A stretch of 32,000 nt of DNA from Candidatus Methanoperedens sp. (GTDB lineage: Archaea; Halobacteriota; Methanosarcinia; Methanosarcinales; Methanoperedenaceae), in NCBI GenBank assembly GCA_041494705.1, contig JBGQBI010000001.1, positions 180,001 to 212,000 on the forward strand, read 5' to 3'. The position numbers and the translations under genes were made by a program. The notes under the pieces are model-generated. The model did no database searches. It saw only the letters and a program-made list of their open reading frames with translations, and was not told where the DNA came from. Within the stretch, counting starts at the first letter, position 1. Every line of letters begins with the position of its first letter. Of the stretch, positions 16,485 through 29,855 are shown piece by piece.

Positions 16485-16511
16485 GACAGTTCGGTTAATT
16501 CCAATCGATAG
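16485..16511 (+). other. 5' strand of the 16S processing helix with a bulge-helix-bulge motif
   Basis: 'GACAGTTCGGTTAATTCCAATCGATAG' pairs with 18104-18130. The pairing gives a 13-bp perfect helix, then a 3-nt bulge (TAA, 16496-16498), a 4-bp helix (CGGT/ACCG), an opposite-strand 3-nt bulge (AAA, 18121-18123), and a 7-bp helix. Confidence 0.7.
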
Positions 16512-16604
16512 ATGGGAATTAACAAGGAACTATTGTACCTTATATAATAGTTCCTCCTAAAATTCCGATAGTTAAATACTTCAAACAAGTGTGTATAACA
16601 ATAG

Positions 16605-18074
<1,470 letters not shown>

Positions 18075-18103
18075 AAAGCAGCACACAAAAGTGTGCTAAA
18101 ATT

Positions 18104-18130
18104 CTATCGATTGGAAACCGAAAAACTGTC
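18104..18130 (+). other. 3' strand of the 16S processing helix (BHB partner)
   Basis: 'CTATCGATTGGAAACCGAAAAACTGTC' is complementary to 16485-16511, as described for that feature. Confidence 0.7.
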
Positions 18131-18177
18131 AAGCCAATAAAGAGAAAGATTCGTGGGCCATACGAGACCACGAGAAA

Positions 18178-18250
18178 GGGCTCGTAGATCAGTTGGAAGA
18201 TCGCCGCCTTTGCAAGGCGGAGGCCCTGGGTTCGAGTCCCAGCGAGTCCA
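18178..18250 (+). tRNA. tRNA-Ala (anticodon TGC) in the 16S-23S spacer
   Basis: The 73 nt fold as a cloverleaf. The acceptor stem is GGGCTCG/CGAGTCC with the G3:U70 alanine identity pair. The anticodon loop is TTTGCAA and the T-loop is TTCGAGT. No CCA is encoded. Confidence 0.95.
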
Positions 18251-18400
18251 TTAGACCCGGACTTAAGTCCGAGGACTTACCAATGCACTCAGCGGTGTAA
18301 TGCCGTTGCGGAAGGGTAGATTAGCGATTTTAGACCAAAATTATGCTAAATGAAACCGTGTATAAGCGCAACCCGGACGCTAACTGAATGTAGTGAAGCG

Positions 18401-21327
<2,927 letters not shown>

Positions 21328-21405
21328 GTTTCACTGCATTCGGGCGATATCCGGTGTTGCGCTTATATATGGAATTTTTCCATCCAAGAAGGATGGATTT
21401 TACCG

Positions 21406-21538
21406 TCATAAGCGAGTATAGCGGCCAAAGCGGCGGGGAAACACCTGTACCCATCCCGAACACAGAAGTTAAGCCCGCCTACGTTTTGCATTGTACTAAG
21501 ATGTGCGAACTCTCGGGAACTGTAGAAAGCTGCTATGC
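21406..21538 (+). rRNA. rrf: 5S ribosomal RNA
   Basis: The core is 'CCTGTACCCATCCCGAACACAGAAGTTAAGCCC'. A 10-bp helix I forms between GTATAGCGGC (21406-21415) and GCTGCTATGC (21529-21538), including G-U pairs. Confidence 0.85.
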
Positions 21539-21566
21539 TTACTTATTTCATCTTACTTTTTTATTA

Positions 21567-22325
21567 TTAAATTTTAAAAAGAATGTATTTCGTCAGCTCA
21601 AAAATCAAATCACCATAAAATATTGCCACAAAAAACCCGATAGTTATGGGAATCATAAAAGGCAATTTTGGCGTTACCCAGATTTCATCTTTTATCAAGC
21701 CTTTTTCTGACAGTTTCTTGAGCTTTTTGATAACAATCTCATCAATTTCCGTTCCCCCGCGTTTATAGCTGAATTTAACTTCACCGTTTACTTCTTCAAA
21801 ATCCTGGATCAACCTGATGTGTTTATTAGCAATCTGTGAAATCTTTGTTTTATACCCTATGAAAATATACAGGGGATTATCAATATGTAAACCCATTTTT
21901 ATTAAATTATATACGGCTAACCCGACAGGAACAATAATTGTAAGTAAGACAGCATTCCCGAATATGCCAAAGGCAAAAAGATTTATTAAAGATTTATTCA
22001 GGGGAAAAGTGAATCCATAAGCTTGAAATGCCGGATAAGCAGGAAGGATTATGGAAAGGAGAATTAGCGCTTTTGCATCTGCCCCGCCGAAGGTCCCGAT
22101 TTGAAAAAGGAAATATACAAACGCAAAAATGAACCCTGCTGAAAGTAATAAACGGAACAGGTATGCGATACCTGATGTTGAAATATCGTACAGGACGAAA
22201 AAAACGCCTCCTACAAACATAACCAACCAAACATTATTGGATACACGGCGCGTTTTAATATCAGAATAGCATGAATATAGTAGAAAAGGAGTACAGAATA
22301 ATATCTTCAAAATGTCTATTAGCAT
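21567..22325 (-). CDS. A24-family aspartic peptidase (archaeal preflagellin/prepilin peptidase, FlaK/EppA-like)
   Basis: A polytopic membrane protein carrying the two catalytic-Asp contexts, 'YSDIKTRRVSNNVW' and 'FGGADAKALILL'. It has a soluble insert before the last TM segments, as in FlaK-type enzymes. Confidence 0.75.
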   Translation of the reverse strand: MLIDILKILFCTPFLLYSCYSDIKTRRVSNNVWLVMFVGGVFFVLYDISTSGIAYLFRLLLSAGFIFAFVYFLFQIGTFGGADAKALILLSIILPAYPAFQAYGFTFPLNKSLINLFAFGIFGNAVLLTIIVPVGLAVYNLIKMGLHIDNPLYIFIGYKTKISQIANKHIRLIQDFEEVNGEVKFSYKRGGTEIDEIVIKKLKKLSEKGLIKDEIWVTPKLPFMIPITIGFFVAIFYGDLIFELTKYILFKI

Positions 22326-22422
22326 ATTACTTTAATTGCTTCATATACTTAAAAAATACTACCCTTGATAAAATTATTGAGTAAACTATTTAGACAAAAA
22401 TACAGATATACTGCTTTTTCAC

Positions 22423-22496
22423 GCCGTCGTGGCTTAGCTCGGTAAAGCGGCTGATTCGTAATCAGCAGATCGAGGGTTCAAATCCCTCCGACGGCT
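22423..22496 (+). tRNA. tRNA-Thr (anticodon CGT)
   Basis: A 74-nt cloverleaf. The acceptor is GCCGTCG/CGACGGC and the D-arm is GCTT/AAGC. The anticodon stem is GCTGA/TCAGC with loop TTCGTAA, and the T-arm is GAGGG-TTCAAAT-CCCTC. No CCA is encoded. Confidence 0.9.
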
Positions 22497-22597
22497 TATT
22501 AAATCACTTTATGGTTTCTGCGTCTCTGCGGTGTTACATACCGCTGAGGCGCGAAGGTCGCAAAGATTAAGTTGTTTAGTTCTTTCCATTAAATCTC

Positions 22598-23743
22598 ATG
22601 TCGCAATATCGAAAAAACCTTGGTTTAGCCGGACTTGTCAGCTTCGGCGTTGGTGGAACCATCGGCTCAGGCATATTCGTGGTTCCGGCAATAGCTGCTG
22701 GAATTGCAGGGCCGAGTTCTCTCCTTTCCTGGATTATCGTTGCAATCTCGGCAAGCTGCGTTATGCTATCGCTTGCCTGGGCATCATCAAAATACCCATC
22801 AACAGGAGCTTTTTATTCAATATTCACAAAAGTATTCAGCAAAAAATTATCGACCGTGGTCGTGCTGTTTTACGTGATAGCCTCGGTTTTCGGGGTTGCC
22901 ACCATCGCAGCAGGCATAGGACAGTATGTTTCTTTTTTTGGCTATCTTGATGTGCTCTGGCTTGAGATCGTAATTATTGTTTTATTCGGCATAATAAACA
23001 TTATTGGCGTAAGACCTTCAGGGAACATCGAAATCCTCCTGACCCTGTTGAAAACCATCCCCCTGGTTATTTTAGCCATCGTTTTATTTCCTTATATCCA
23101 GAAAGAAAACTTCACGCCATTTTTCACTGATAAAACTGATTTTTTAAAAGCAATAATCATCGTGTACTGGCCATTCACGGGTTTCGAGATAAGTGCAATA
23201 CCTGCTGATGAGACCAAAAATAAAAAGGACATATTTACATCACTGGTGATTGTGATTTTAATAACCACGGTCGTATACCTGCTTCTGAACATTGCTTTGA
23301 TTGGCAGCATTGGAAGCCAGTTACTGGCATCATCTTCCACCCCTCTTGCCCTCGCAGCATCAAGGGTTTTTAAGGCTTCAGGGAATATAATGGCTGTAAT
23401 CGGGATAATAGCTATGCTGTCCGCGCTTAATGCTTATCTCGTTGCGGCATCCAGAGTGGTCCAGAACATATCATTTGAACACAGGTTACCTCTGCTTCCT
23501 GATTTAAGCAAGAACGGCACTCCGTATATCGCAATAATAATCAGCACGGTTGCAGGCGCATCACTCCTCCTTTTCAGCAATCATTTCCAGGAGCTGGCAA
23601 CTATTTCTGTTATTGCAACGCTGCTGCCCTATATTTTTATATGCGCTTGCGCGATGAAGCTTTTTGACAAACCCAAAATCCGTATCGTCGCAGCCGTGGG
23701 ACTCGTGTCCACTTTTGCCATACTGGTTACTTCTTTTTTATAG
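22598..23743 (+). CDS. APC-superfamily amino acid / polyamine permease (short, 381 aa)
   Basis: N-terminal 'GLVSFGVGGTIGSGIFVVPAIAAG' is the typical APC TM1 motif. 'WPFTGFEISAIPADE' also fits, and the protein is hydrophobic throughout. Confidence 0.8.
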   Translation: MSQYRKNLGLAGLVSFGVGGTIGSGIFVVPAIAAGIAGPSSLLSWIIVAISASCVMLSLAWASSKYPSTGAFYSIFTKVFSKKLSTVVVLFYVIASVFGVATIAAGIGQYVSFFGYLDVLWLEIVIIVLFGIINIIGVRPSGNIEILLTLLKTIPLVILAIVLFPYIQKENFTPFFTDKTDFLKAIIIVYWPFTGFEISAIPADETKNKKDIFTSLVIVILITTVVYLLLNIALIGSIGSQLLASSSTPLALAASRVFKASGNIMAVIGIIAMLSALNAYLVAASRVVQNISFEHRLPLLPDLSKNGTPYIAIIISTVAGASLLLFSNHFQELATISVIATLLPYIFICACAMKLFDKPKIRIVAAVGLVSTFAILVTSFL

Positions 23744-25004
23744 AAAGTATCGTATCAGAGCACTCAAAACCAGCCTTGATCGAGCCGTTCATGCTCCTCT
23801 CAGGATAATTCGCCCCTGAGAACATGCCAGCCAGATAAAGTCCCTCAATATTTGTCTCATAAGGAAGGACTTTTTTACCATAGCCCACTTCATACACAGG
23901 CGCTGTGTCAATATCCCTGCGCAATCGCCACCATTTGACCTTTTTGCGAAATCCGGGGAAAAGTCTTTCAAGCCCTTTTTGATATAATTCGATGACGCCA
24001 TCGTCACTTGATTTCCACAATACACTGTCAGGATTCTGGAAGTACGAGGTAACGTACATCAAATGTTCCCCGTAATCAGAAACCGGGATAAAATTGGTAT
24101 GTTCTATCACGGCGCCGAAAGGAACTTCTTCCTTGATATTCAGCCAGTAAACATCATCCATGATTTTTTCGGTCAATCCAAAGAGGGCGCATGCAGTACC
24201 CTGATAACTGATGTTCATGACAAGCCCCAGAAGCTCTGGGTCTATTATTTTTTGAAGGATATGAGGTGAAACAGTCGAAATCACCATGTCACATTTAATG
24301 TTCTCGCCATCCACAACCACGCTTTTGACCGAACCATCGGCGACCTCTATTTTTGAGGCGTTGCCCTGTCTTATTATGCCTCCTTTTTTCCTGATACTCT
24401 GCGCCATTTTTTCGATGAGCGCATGAAAACCCCCGCGCATGTATCCCAGGCGCTCGCCTTTTGCGTCTCTGTTTGAGCGGATACGAACCCGGCCGAGGAG
24501 CCATGCCGCAGACACCCGTTCTTTGTTATCCCCGAATTTACTTTGAAGCAGTGGAAGGAAGAAATTATTATAAACAGATTCTCCTGCCGTGTCGAGTATC
24601 CATTGTTTTGCAGTAATATCGTCAAAGGGAGCGGTGTCTTTTATTCTTTTGGCTTTCAGCACAAGCAAGGTCAGCCTGATAACATCCGTGAGCGGCAGCG
24701 CTTTCAGGATTTCGATAGGCGTGTTCATCGGGTATATTTTGCCGTCAAAATAATAGCCTGTCGAGCCTCGCAGCCATTCAAGTTTGTTGCTCAGGCCAAG
24801 CTCATCTATAAGGGCTATTAGTTCTTTATCGCTTGAAAAAATATGATGATAGTATTTTTCGATATGGTAACTATCGATTTCATAACTTGAAGCCATGCCA
24901 CCAAGCTCAGGCTCTTTCTCGATGAGGATTATTTCGTCCCCGCCTGCGAGCCTGTAAGCTGCGGCAAGTCCTGCAAGCCCGCCGCCGATTATTATGGTTT
25001 TCAT
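23727..25004 (-). CDS. NAD(P)/FAD-dependent oxidoreductase (amine oxidase / phytoene desaturase-like fold)
   Basis: N-terminal Rossmann motif '[19 protein letters not shown]...[14 protein letters not shown]' and the C-terminal 'GLYLAGMF' FAD motif. The substrate cannot be told from the sequence. Confidence 0.75.
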   Translation of the reverse strand: MKTIIIGGGLAGLAAAYRLAGGDEIILIEKEPELGGMASSYEIDSYHIEKYYHHIFSSDKELIALIDELGLSNKLEWLRGSTGYYFDGKIYPMNTPIEILKALPLTDVIRLTLLVLKAKRIKDTAPFDDITAKQWILDTAGESVYNNFFLPLLQSKFGDNKERVSAAWLLGRVRIRSNRDAKGERLGYMRGGFHALIEKMAQSIRKKGGIIRQGNASKIEVADGSVKSVVVDGENIKCDMVISTVSPHILQKIIDPELLGLVMNISYQGTACALFGLTEKIMDDVYWLNIKEEVPFGAVIEHTNFIPVSDYGEHLMYVTSYFQNPDSVLWKSSDDGVIELYQKGLERLFPGFRKKVKWWRLRRDIDTAPVYEVGYGKKVLPYETNIEGLYLAGMFSGANYPERSMNGSIKAGFECSDTILSIKKK

Positions 25005-25050
25005 GGTGTGGGGATATTGTTATGAGGGAATATAAAAAGGAGAGTAGCCA

Positions 25051-26184
25051 TCACTTCTCTATAATCGTCTCCTCAATCTTAATCCCGAAATGCCTCGCCG
25101 CCGCCTCAAAATACACCAGCACCTCATCGCCATCCTTGAGCGCGGTCACAGGCACTGGCTTCCCATCGGCGCCGACAAGCTTTATCGTCTCTGCATTCTG
25201 GAGCAGGGTCTTTATCTTCGTTCCTTCCACCTCAGCCTCCACAAGCATCAGCGGGCGGCGCTCTATCTTGACCCGTCCCACAACAGCAGGCCGCGTCTCG
25301 CCTTCAGAATCAATTATCAGCACTTCATCGCCCGAGGCAAGCTCTGAGAGGTAGCGCGTCTTCTCGCCAACTCTGATATAGGCATGAACCGCGCCTGCGT
25401 TCACCCTGAACGGGCGCGCGGCAACGTAGGGACTCTCCTCTGATTCCGAATGCACAAGGAAAAGCCCGTTGCTCTGCGAACCTATGAGCATCCCTTCACC
25501 GGGAACCATGAGAGATGCGGTATCCACGCAAACCCTGTCGCCCATGCCGACCTGTTTGACCTTCGTCACAGTGGCTTTTACGAGGGGTATTTTCTCCATT
25601 CCAGACCTGTCCCTGACAGCTATGACCTTCTTAATCTCGGAGAGATTATCGGTATCAAGCAGCACTCCATCCGAGCCGTGTTCCAGCGTCTCAAGCGCAA
25701 GTTTTGCCTCCTCTGCGTTCCGGACGCCGGCAATTATCTCCACGTCAATCTTCTGAAGCCCCGCAATCAGGTTCTCAAGCGGAATGACCTTCCAGTCCGT
25801 ACCTATCACAATCAGGTAATCGCATGATTTTCCAAGTTCGACCGCAAACTGCTCGTATTTCTTGTTCTTGATGACAACGTACCCTGCAACTGTTTTACCC
25901 TCTCTCGTAAGATGCTGCGCCTCGGCGATATCCTCGGAATCTGAAAAATCGGAAGGCAGTTTGGTTGTCCCGTCGCCTTCGCCGTCAATCCCAACGATTA
26001 CGATATCGGCATCCTCTGTTGGCGCGGCGGTTTTGATATTTCCCAGTTCTCTTACCCTTTCAACGTCCTCTGCCCTCAAAAGTATGGCATCGGCTCCTGA
26101 TTCAAGTCCTGTAGTAATAAGCGGTTTGTTAGCTTCCCATGTTCCGCCGTCAGCTTTTATCCAGACGGTTTTTTCTTTTTTCAC
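25051..26184 (-). CDS. aroB': 3-dehydroquinate synthase II (archaeal type)
   Basis: '[32 protein letters not shown]' and the ~375-aa length match the MJ1249-type enzyme as I remember it. It overlaps the ADH synthase gene by 4 nt. Confidence 0.85.
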   Translation of the reverse strand: MKKEKTVWIKADGGTWEANKPLITTGLESGADAILLRAEDVERVRELGNIKTAAPTEDADIVIVGIDGEGDGTTKLPSDFSDSEDIAEAQHLTREGKTVAGYVVIKNKKYEQFAVELGKSCDYLIVIGTDWKVIPLENLIAGLQKIDVEIIAGVRNAEEAKLALETLEHGSDGVLLDTDNLSEIKKVIAVRDRSGMEKIPLVKATVTKVKQVGMGDRVCVDTASLMVPGEGMLIGSQSNGLFLVHSESEESPYVAARPFRVNAGAVHAYIRVGEKTRYLSELASGDEVLIIDSEGETRPAVVGRVKIERRPLMLVEAEVEGTKIKTLLQNAETIKLVGADGKPVPVTALKDGDEVLVYFEAAARHFGIKIEETIIEK

Positions 26185-27026
26185 CGCAGCGCCTCCATGG
26201 CATCGTCCACGCTTGCGCCTTTATGGACTACAAGCGTCAGAGCATGCGTCATTGCAGTGGGATTTTCGTGCTGGAATACATTCCTACCAATCGCGACGCC
26301 TCTTCCTCCGGCATCTACCGCGGCACGCACCATAGCGAGAAATTCCTCGTCCGTGTTTGCCTTTGGCCCTCCCGCCATCACAACAGGGACGGGGCAGCCT
26401 TCAACCACGGTCCTGAATGTATCGATATCGCCTGTGAAATTTGTTTTTATGATGTCTGCACCCAGCTCAGCGCCAACGCGCGCAACATGCGCCACAAGTT
26501 CGGTGTCGTTTGAGTTCTTGATATCCTTTCCGCGCGGGTACATCATAGCAATAAGAGGCATTCCCCAGTTATCGCATTGTTCCGCTACCGTTCCCAGTTT
26601 TTGAAGCTGGGCGGCTTCGGTTTCAGACCCGATATTGACATGAACGCTCACGGCGTCGGCTCCCATTTTTATGGCTTCTTCCACTGTGCAGACCTGCACT
26701 TTATCGTTGGGGTCAGGCCCGAGCGACGTGGATGCGCTCATGTGGATGATAAGCCCGATATCGCGCCCGTATCCGCGGTGGCCGTGCTTTGCCATTCCTT
26801 TTTGCAAAAGAACCGCATTTGCGCCGCCGTCGGCCACTTTGTTCACCATGTCTGCAAGATTGACTATGCCTCTTATAGGTCCCATGGATATACCGTGGTC
26901 CATAGGGATGATTACCATGTTCCTGCTTTCCCTGTCCATAATCCGTTCAAGTCGTATTTTTTTACCGATTTCTGACAATTTAATCACCTTATAATAAATT
27001 CGTGTTAGTATGTGACAGACTGACAT
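26181..27026 (-). CDS. aroA': 2-amino-3,7-dideoxy-D-threo-hept-6-ulosonate (ADH) synthase, class I aldolase family
   Basis: There is near-continuous similarity to MJ0400 as I recall it: '[27 protein letters not shown]', '[11 protein letters not shown]', '[13 protein letters not shown]', '[13 protein letters not shown]' and '[16 protein letters not shown]'. The true start is probably the GTG at 26987 or the TTG at 26978, not the ATG at 27026. Confidence 0.88.
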   Translation of the reverse strand: MSVCHILTRIYYKVIKLSEIGKKIRLERIMDRESRNMVIIPMDHGISMGPIRGIVNLADMVNKVADGGANAVLLQKGMAKHGHRGYGRDIGLIIHMSASTSLGPDPNDKVQVCTVEEAIKMGADAVSVHVNIGSETEAAQLQKLGTVAEQCDNWGMPLIAMMYPRGKDIKNSNDTELVAHVARVGAELGADIIKTNFTGDIDTFRTVVEGCPVPVVMAGGPKANTDEEFLAMVRAAVDAGGRGVAIGRNVFQHENPTAMTHALTLVVHKGASVDDAMEALR

Positions 27027-27165
27027 GGTTATGACGATATATATAATTTACGCAGGGTCGATTTTGTTAAGTTAAGGAGTATGGGGTAAAATCAAACTTG
27101 TTTTGTTATCGTTTCAAAGGCAGAGTGGTAGAGGGAAGAAAATTTTTAAGAAAATATAATGTTAT

Positions 27166-28119
27166 TTAATCTTCAAAACCTTCCAATATCCATTCTTTTT
27201 TCTCTTCTAAATTTATTTCGTTAATCGTGGTTGAGAACCTAAATTTAGCAGTAGTAAAAGTGTCCACACGTTTTTTCACTTCATTCGCCAAAGCTTCTTT
27301 GAATTTTCCCTTAATAATTGTTCCAGATTCATCAATTAAAAATCCAAAGGTAAAGTAAAATAAACTTATTTCCTTTATAAATCCTTTATACACAACAGAT
27401 TCCTCTGGAATATTTTCAGCTTGAAGGATAACGTCATATATTCTTTTAGCCAATTCGCTTGAAATTTTTTGTCTCTTAAAATTTCCAGTGGTAACTTTAT
27501 CATACATTATTATGTCAGCCTTGTTTTTATATAAACTCTCGAGAAAATCCCTATATTTAATTATCACTCTTTTTCCTAACTCGTCACTAACCTCCCTAAT
27601 TTTATCCTTATTATCCTCGCATTCAATTAAATCACTAAAGCGTTGAAAAGCCATTTTAGCCGACGAATCTGCAATTTGCGGTTCGTGGCTGGACACTATA
27701 AATCTAAATGACCCTGTTCCTGTAGCGACTAAGTCCAATTGTGATGCTCTAAGGATTTCGTTGGGTATTATTCCTTTGAATGTAGCTTTTCCAGACAAAG
27801 ACTGGGATATTGAGGACACAATATCTTGTAGATTGCCCATAAGATTCCCAAAGAACGATAGCGAAATTCTATGCCCTTCCACAGGAGCCCCATCTATAAT
27901 GAAGTCAAAACTATCGAATTGGAATCTTTCAAAGGAATTTCGTAATTCTAATAACAAGTATGCTTCTCTGTCCTTAAAATTTCGCTGTCGCACTCTTAAT
28001 GAAAATTTATTGGAATATTTTGATAGTAATATTTCATTTTCTCGTATCAACTCATATAAATCTGAGAGTTCTTCTAGAATTAAGGTGGGACGCCTCTGAT
28101 TATTATTCATGGCTTTCAT
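27166..28119 (-). CDS. Orphan 317-aa protein, last gene of the low-GC cassette
   Basis: A long uninterrupted ORF in an approximately 30% GC region. It overlaps the upstream NTase-like gene by 17 nt, or by 8 nt if M4 is the start. It has no TM segments and no motif I can assign. Confidence 0.7.
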   Translation of the reverse strand: MKAMNNNQRRPTLILEELSDLYELIRENEILLSKYSNKFSLRVRQRNFKDREAYLLLELRNSFERFQFDSFDFIIDGAPVEGHRISLSFFGNLMGNLQDIVSSISQSLSGKATFKGIIPNEILRASQLDLVATGTGSFRFIVSSHEPQIADSSAKMAFQRFSDLIECEDNKDKIREVSDELGKRVIIKYRDFLESLYKNKADIIMYDKVTTGNFKRQKISSELAKRIYDVILQAENIPEESVVYKGFIKEISLFYFTFGFLIDESGTIIKGKFKEALANEVKKRVDTFTTAKFRFSTTINEINLEEKKEWILEGFED

Positions 28120-28732
28120 CCCTTTGATAATTTTCTATGTAAGACACGGTATTCGATAAATCTATTTCAAGTATACCTTTCGGGTTGTTGTTTCTATCGT
28201 GCCCTAAATATTTTTTCCAAAATTCGATTTCTCTGACGCTAGCGACATAATCTTCTGGAGATTCGCTAGTATATACTACAATAGTTGCTAGAATGTGACA
28301 CATAAATTCAGATTTTACCCTTGTTTTATCAGTCACTCGCCAATAAGTATCCTGTCCCGCCTCATCAAGTTCATCGAGTTTATTTGCATCCAAATGGTTG
28401 ATAATATCTATATCTGTGGGGTCGTTCTTATTTGTCGTATAACTTCCATTGAGCCATTGCTTCGAGCAAATATTTAGAGAAACCAATTCTTTGCAATAAT
28501 TAACATAGCCATCGAATATCCTAGCACGAGTGGATGAACCATTGAAATTTAAAACACAGTGCTCTTCAATTTCAGTGGCATTTGTGACTACAATCCCTGG
28601 AGGCAAATTTCCATTACTGTCAAAATCAGGAATCATTATTTTCGACCATACCACAACATTATAACAAACAACTCTAATGTTTTTGTTATATAAATAATTG
28701 TACCCACTCCCACTAGCATATTTCAAGCTCAT
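28103..28732 (-). CDS. Minimal nucleotidyltransferase-like protein (pol-beta superfamily NTase fold; DUF6932-like from memory)
   Basis: 'NGSYTTNKNDPTDIDI' fits G-S-x9-D-x-D. 'MIPDFDSNGNLPPGI' and the C-terminal 'NPKGILEIDL' resemble an uncharacterised NTase-like family. That family usually starts at the 'MIPDF' position, so the ATG at 28636 is an alternative start. Confidence 0.6.
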   Translation of the reverse strand: MSLKYASGSGYNYLYNKNIRVVCYNVVVWSKIMIPDFDSNGNLPPGIVVTNATEIEEHCVLNFNGSSTRARIFDGYVNYCKELVSLNICSKQWLNGSYTTNKNDPTDIDIINHLDANKLDELDEAGQDTYWRVTDKTRVKSEFMCHILATIVVYTSESPEDYVASVREIEFWKKYLGHDRNNNPKGILEIDLSNTVSYIENYQRDESHE

Positions 28733-28735
28733 GTT

Positions 28736-28894
28736 TTATATATTATAAATCCCGCCATACTTTACTATGTTGTTTCTTACTGCCTCTTTTACAAATTCTT
28801 GGATTGAAACAAATCCAAGCCGTTTATCAGTTTCAATAATTCTCTTAGCTTCGTTTATCATCAGAATCCGCAGGGTCAGGATTAATAAAATCAA
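28736..28894 (-). CDS. Unlisted small ORF, ribbon-helix-helix (CopG/Arc-like) candidate
   Basis: My own translation of the minus strand gives '(M)ILLILTLRILMINEAKRIIETDKRLGFVSIQEFVKEAVRNNIVKYGGIYNI*'. 'LTLRI' would be the beta-strand and 'GFVSIQEFVKEAVR' looks like RHH helix 2. Candidate starts are the ATG at 28861 (41 aa) and a TTG at 28894 that overlaps the stop of the GXGXG gene (TTGA). The stop (28736-28738) lies 3 nt before the ATG at 28732. Confidence 0.35.
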   Translation of the reverse strand: MILLILTLRILMINEAKRIIETDKRLGFVSIQEFVKEAVRNNIVKYGGIYNI

Positions 28895-29853
28895 TCCACT
28901 TTTCTCACAACTACCGACCCATCCCTCATCCGTACCAGCCTCTCCCTCACGAGCCCATACTTGTGATAGCCCATAGCCTCAACATGCCCTATATCAAGAT
29001 ATTTCATCAACAGCTTCGCATCCTCCTGCGCCATCGCAAGCTCCTCCACAGGCGGCGCGGTCTTTACCTTCTTCTTAGCAAAAATCGCCCCGTCCTTCAT
29101 ATTCGCTCCCACGAAGCCTTTCGCATCCTTCAAAATCAGCACTCCTTTTTTCATGTACGCGCCTGCAAATTCGCCAGCCGTGCCTTCGACGATAACTGTT
29201 CCTCCGTCAAGATGCGCACCCGTGTTCATACCTGCGTCTCCCATGACATGAACCGTTCCTTTTTGCATCAACAGCCCCGTGCCGTTGTAAACATCCCCGT
29301 CCACAGCGACAAGTGCATCACAATTACACCGCGCCGCTATTGTACCGCGAAGCACTCCGTCATCAAGCAGCAAATGCTTTTCTCGCTCATCGAAGTTATT
29401 CTTAATAAGAACATCTTTTCCCAAACCCGCGCAGAGGCTGTCGGTTATTGAGCGGAACTTTCGATAACCAGGCTCATCAGACATAACCTCGACCACATTT
29501 CCGACAGGTTCTTCCACGACGCCTTTCACATATATTTCCCCGGAAACCATACCCATTCCCATTTCGGAAGAAACATCACCATCGACATACACTTTCCCGG
29601 CCTTTTCAGGCGCCCCGGTACCCCCGAAATGCGCAAGGTCAACGCCCATGCTGTAAGCAAGCCTTTTTCCTGCGCTGCCTGTAATATGCACATCGCGCGC
29701 ATTTCTTAATTCATTTACGAGGTCTTTATAGGTGTAATTTGTTCTTTTTTGGGACGGGATTGGGTTTTCCGGGCGAATCCTGGTGCCCTGCCATGTGAAA
29801 TTATAGGTATAATCGCAGAGGTTATCAATCCTTTCGGTCAGTTCAAGTTCCAT
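28891..29853 (-). CDS. GXGXG-repeat protein (glutamate synthase domain-3 / FwdC-like beta-helix)
   Basis: Repeated G-x-G-x-G strands: 'HITGSAGKRLAYSMG', 'VYVDGDVSSEMGMGMVSGEIYVKG', 'VHVMGDAGMNTGAHLDGGTVIVEGTAGEFAGAYMKKGVLIL'. It starts 2 nt after the stop of the upstream FtsZ-like gene. Confidence 0.8.
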   Translation of the reverse strand: MELELTERIDNLCDYTYNFTWQGTRIRPENPIPSQKRTNYTYKDLVNELRNARDVHITGSAGKRLAYSMGVDLAHFGGTGAPEKAGKVYVDGDVSSEMGMGMVSGEIYVKGVVEEPVGNVVEVMSDEPGYRKFRSITDSLCAGLGKDVLIKNNFDEREKHLLLDDGVLRGTIAARCNCDALVAVDGDVYNGTGLLMQKGTVHVMGDAGMNTGAHLDGGTVIVEGTAGEFAGAYMKKGVLILKDAKGFVGANMKDGAIFAKKKVKTAPPVEELAMAQEDAKLLMKYLDIGHVEAMGYHKYGLVRERLVRMRDGSVVVRKVD

Positions 29854-29855
29854 AC

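Noticed and set aside
22423-22600. tRNA-Thr as a possible integration site for a mobile element, plus an imperfect hairpin at 22520-22552.
   Set aside because: I found no direct repeat of the tRNA 3' end elsewhere in the window by eye. There is no integrase or transposase gene nearby. The hairpin is imperfect (11/13) and may simply be a tRNA terminator or a leader structure.
25022-27000. Multiple plus-strand ORFs of 85-157 aa (for example 25862-26335, 26197-26604, 26577-26975).
   Set aside because: All are antisense to aroB' and aroA', which align almost residue for residue with the archaeal enzymes as I recall them.
27685-27705. 'RFIVSSH' (R139-x5-H145) in the 317-aa orphan, as a possible HEPN R-x4-6-H motif. 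A HEPN partner would make the cassette a standard MNT-HEPN pair.
   Set aside because: The local sequence 'GTGSFRFIVSSHEP' looks like a beta-strand rather than the helical context of HEPN active sites. The protein is also 2-3 times the size of MNT-associated HEPN proteins. This is not excluded, only unsupported, and a profile search would settle it.
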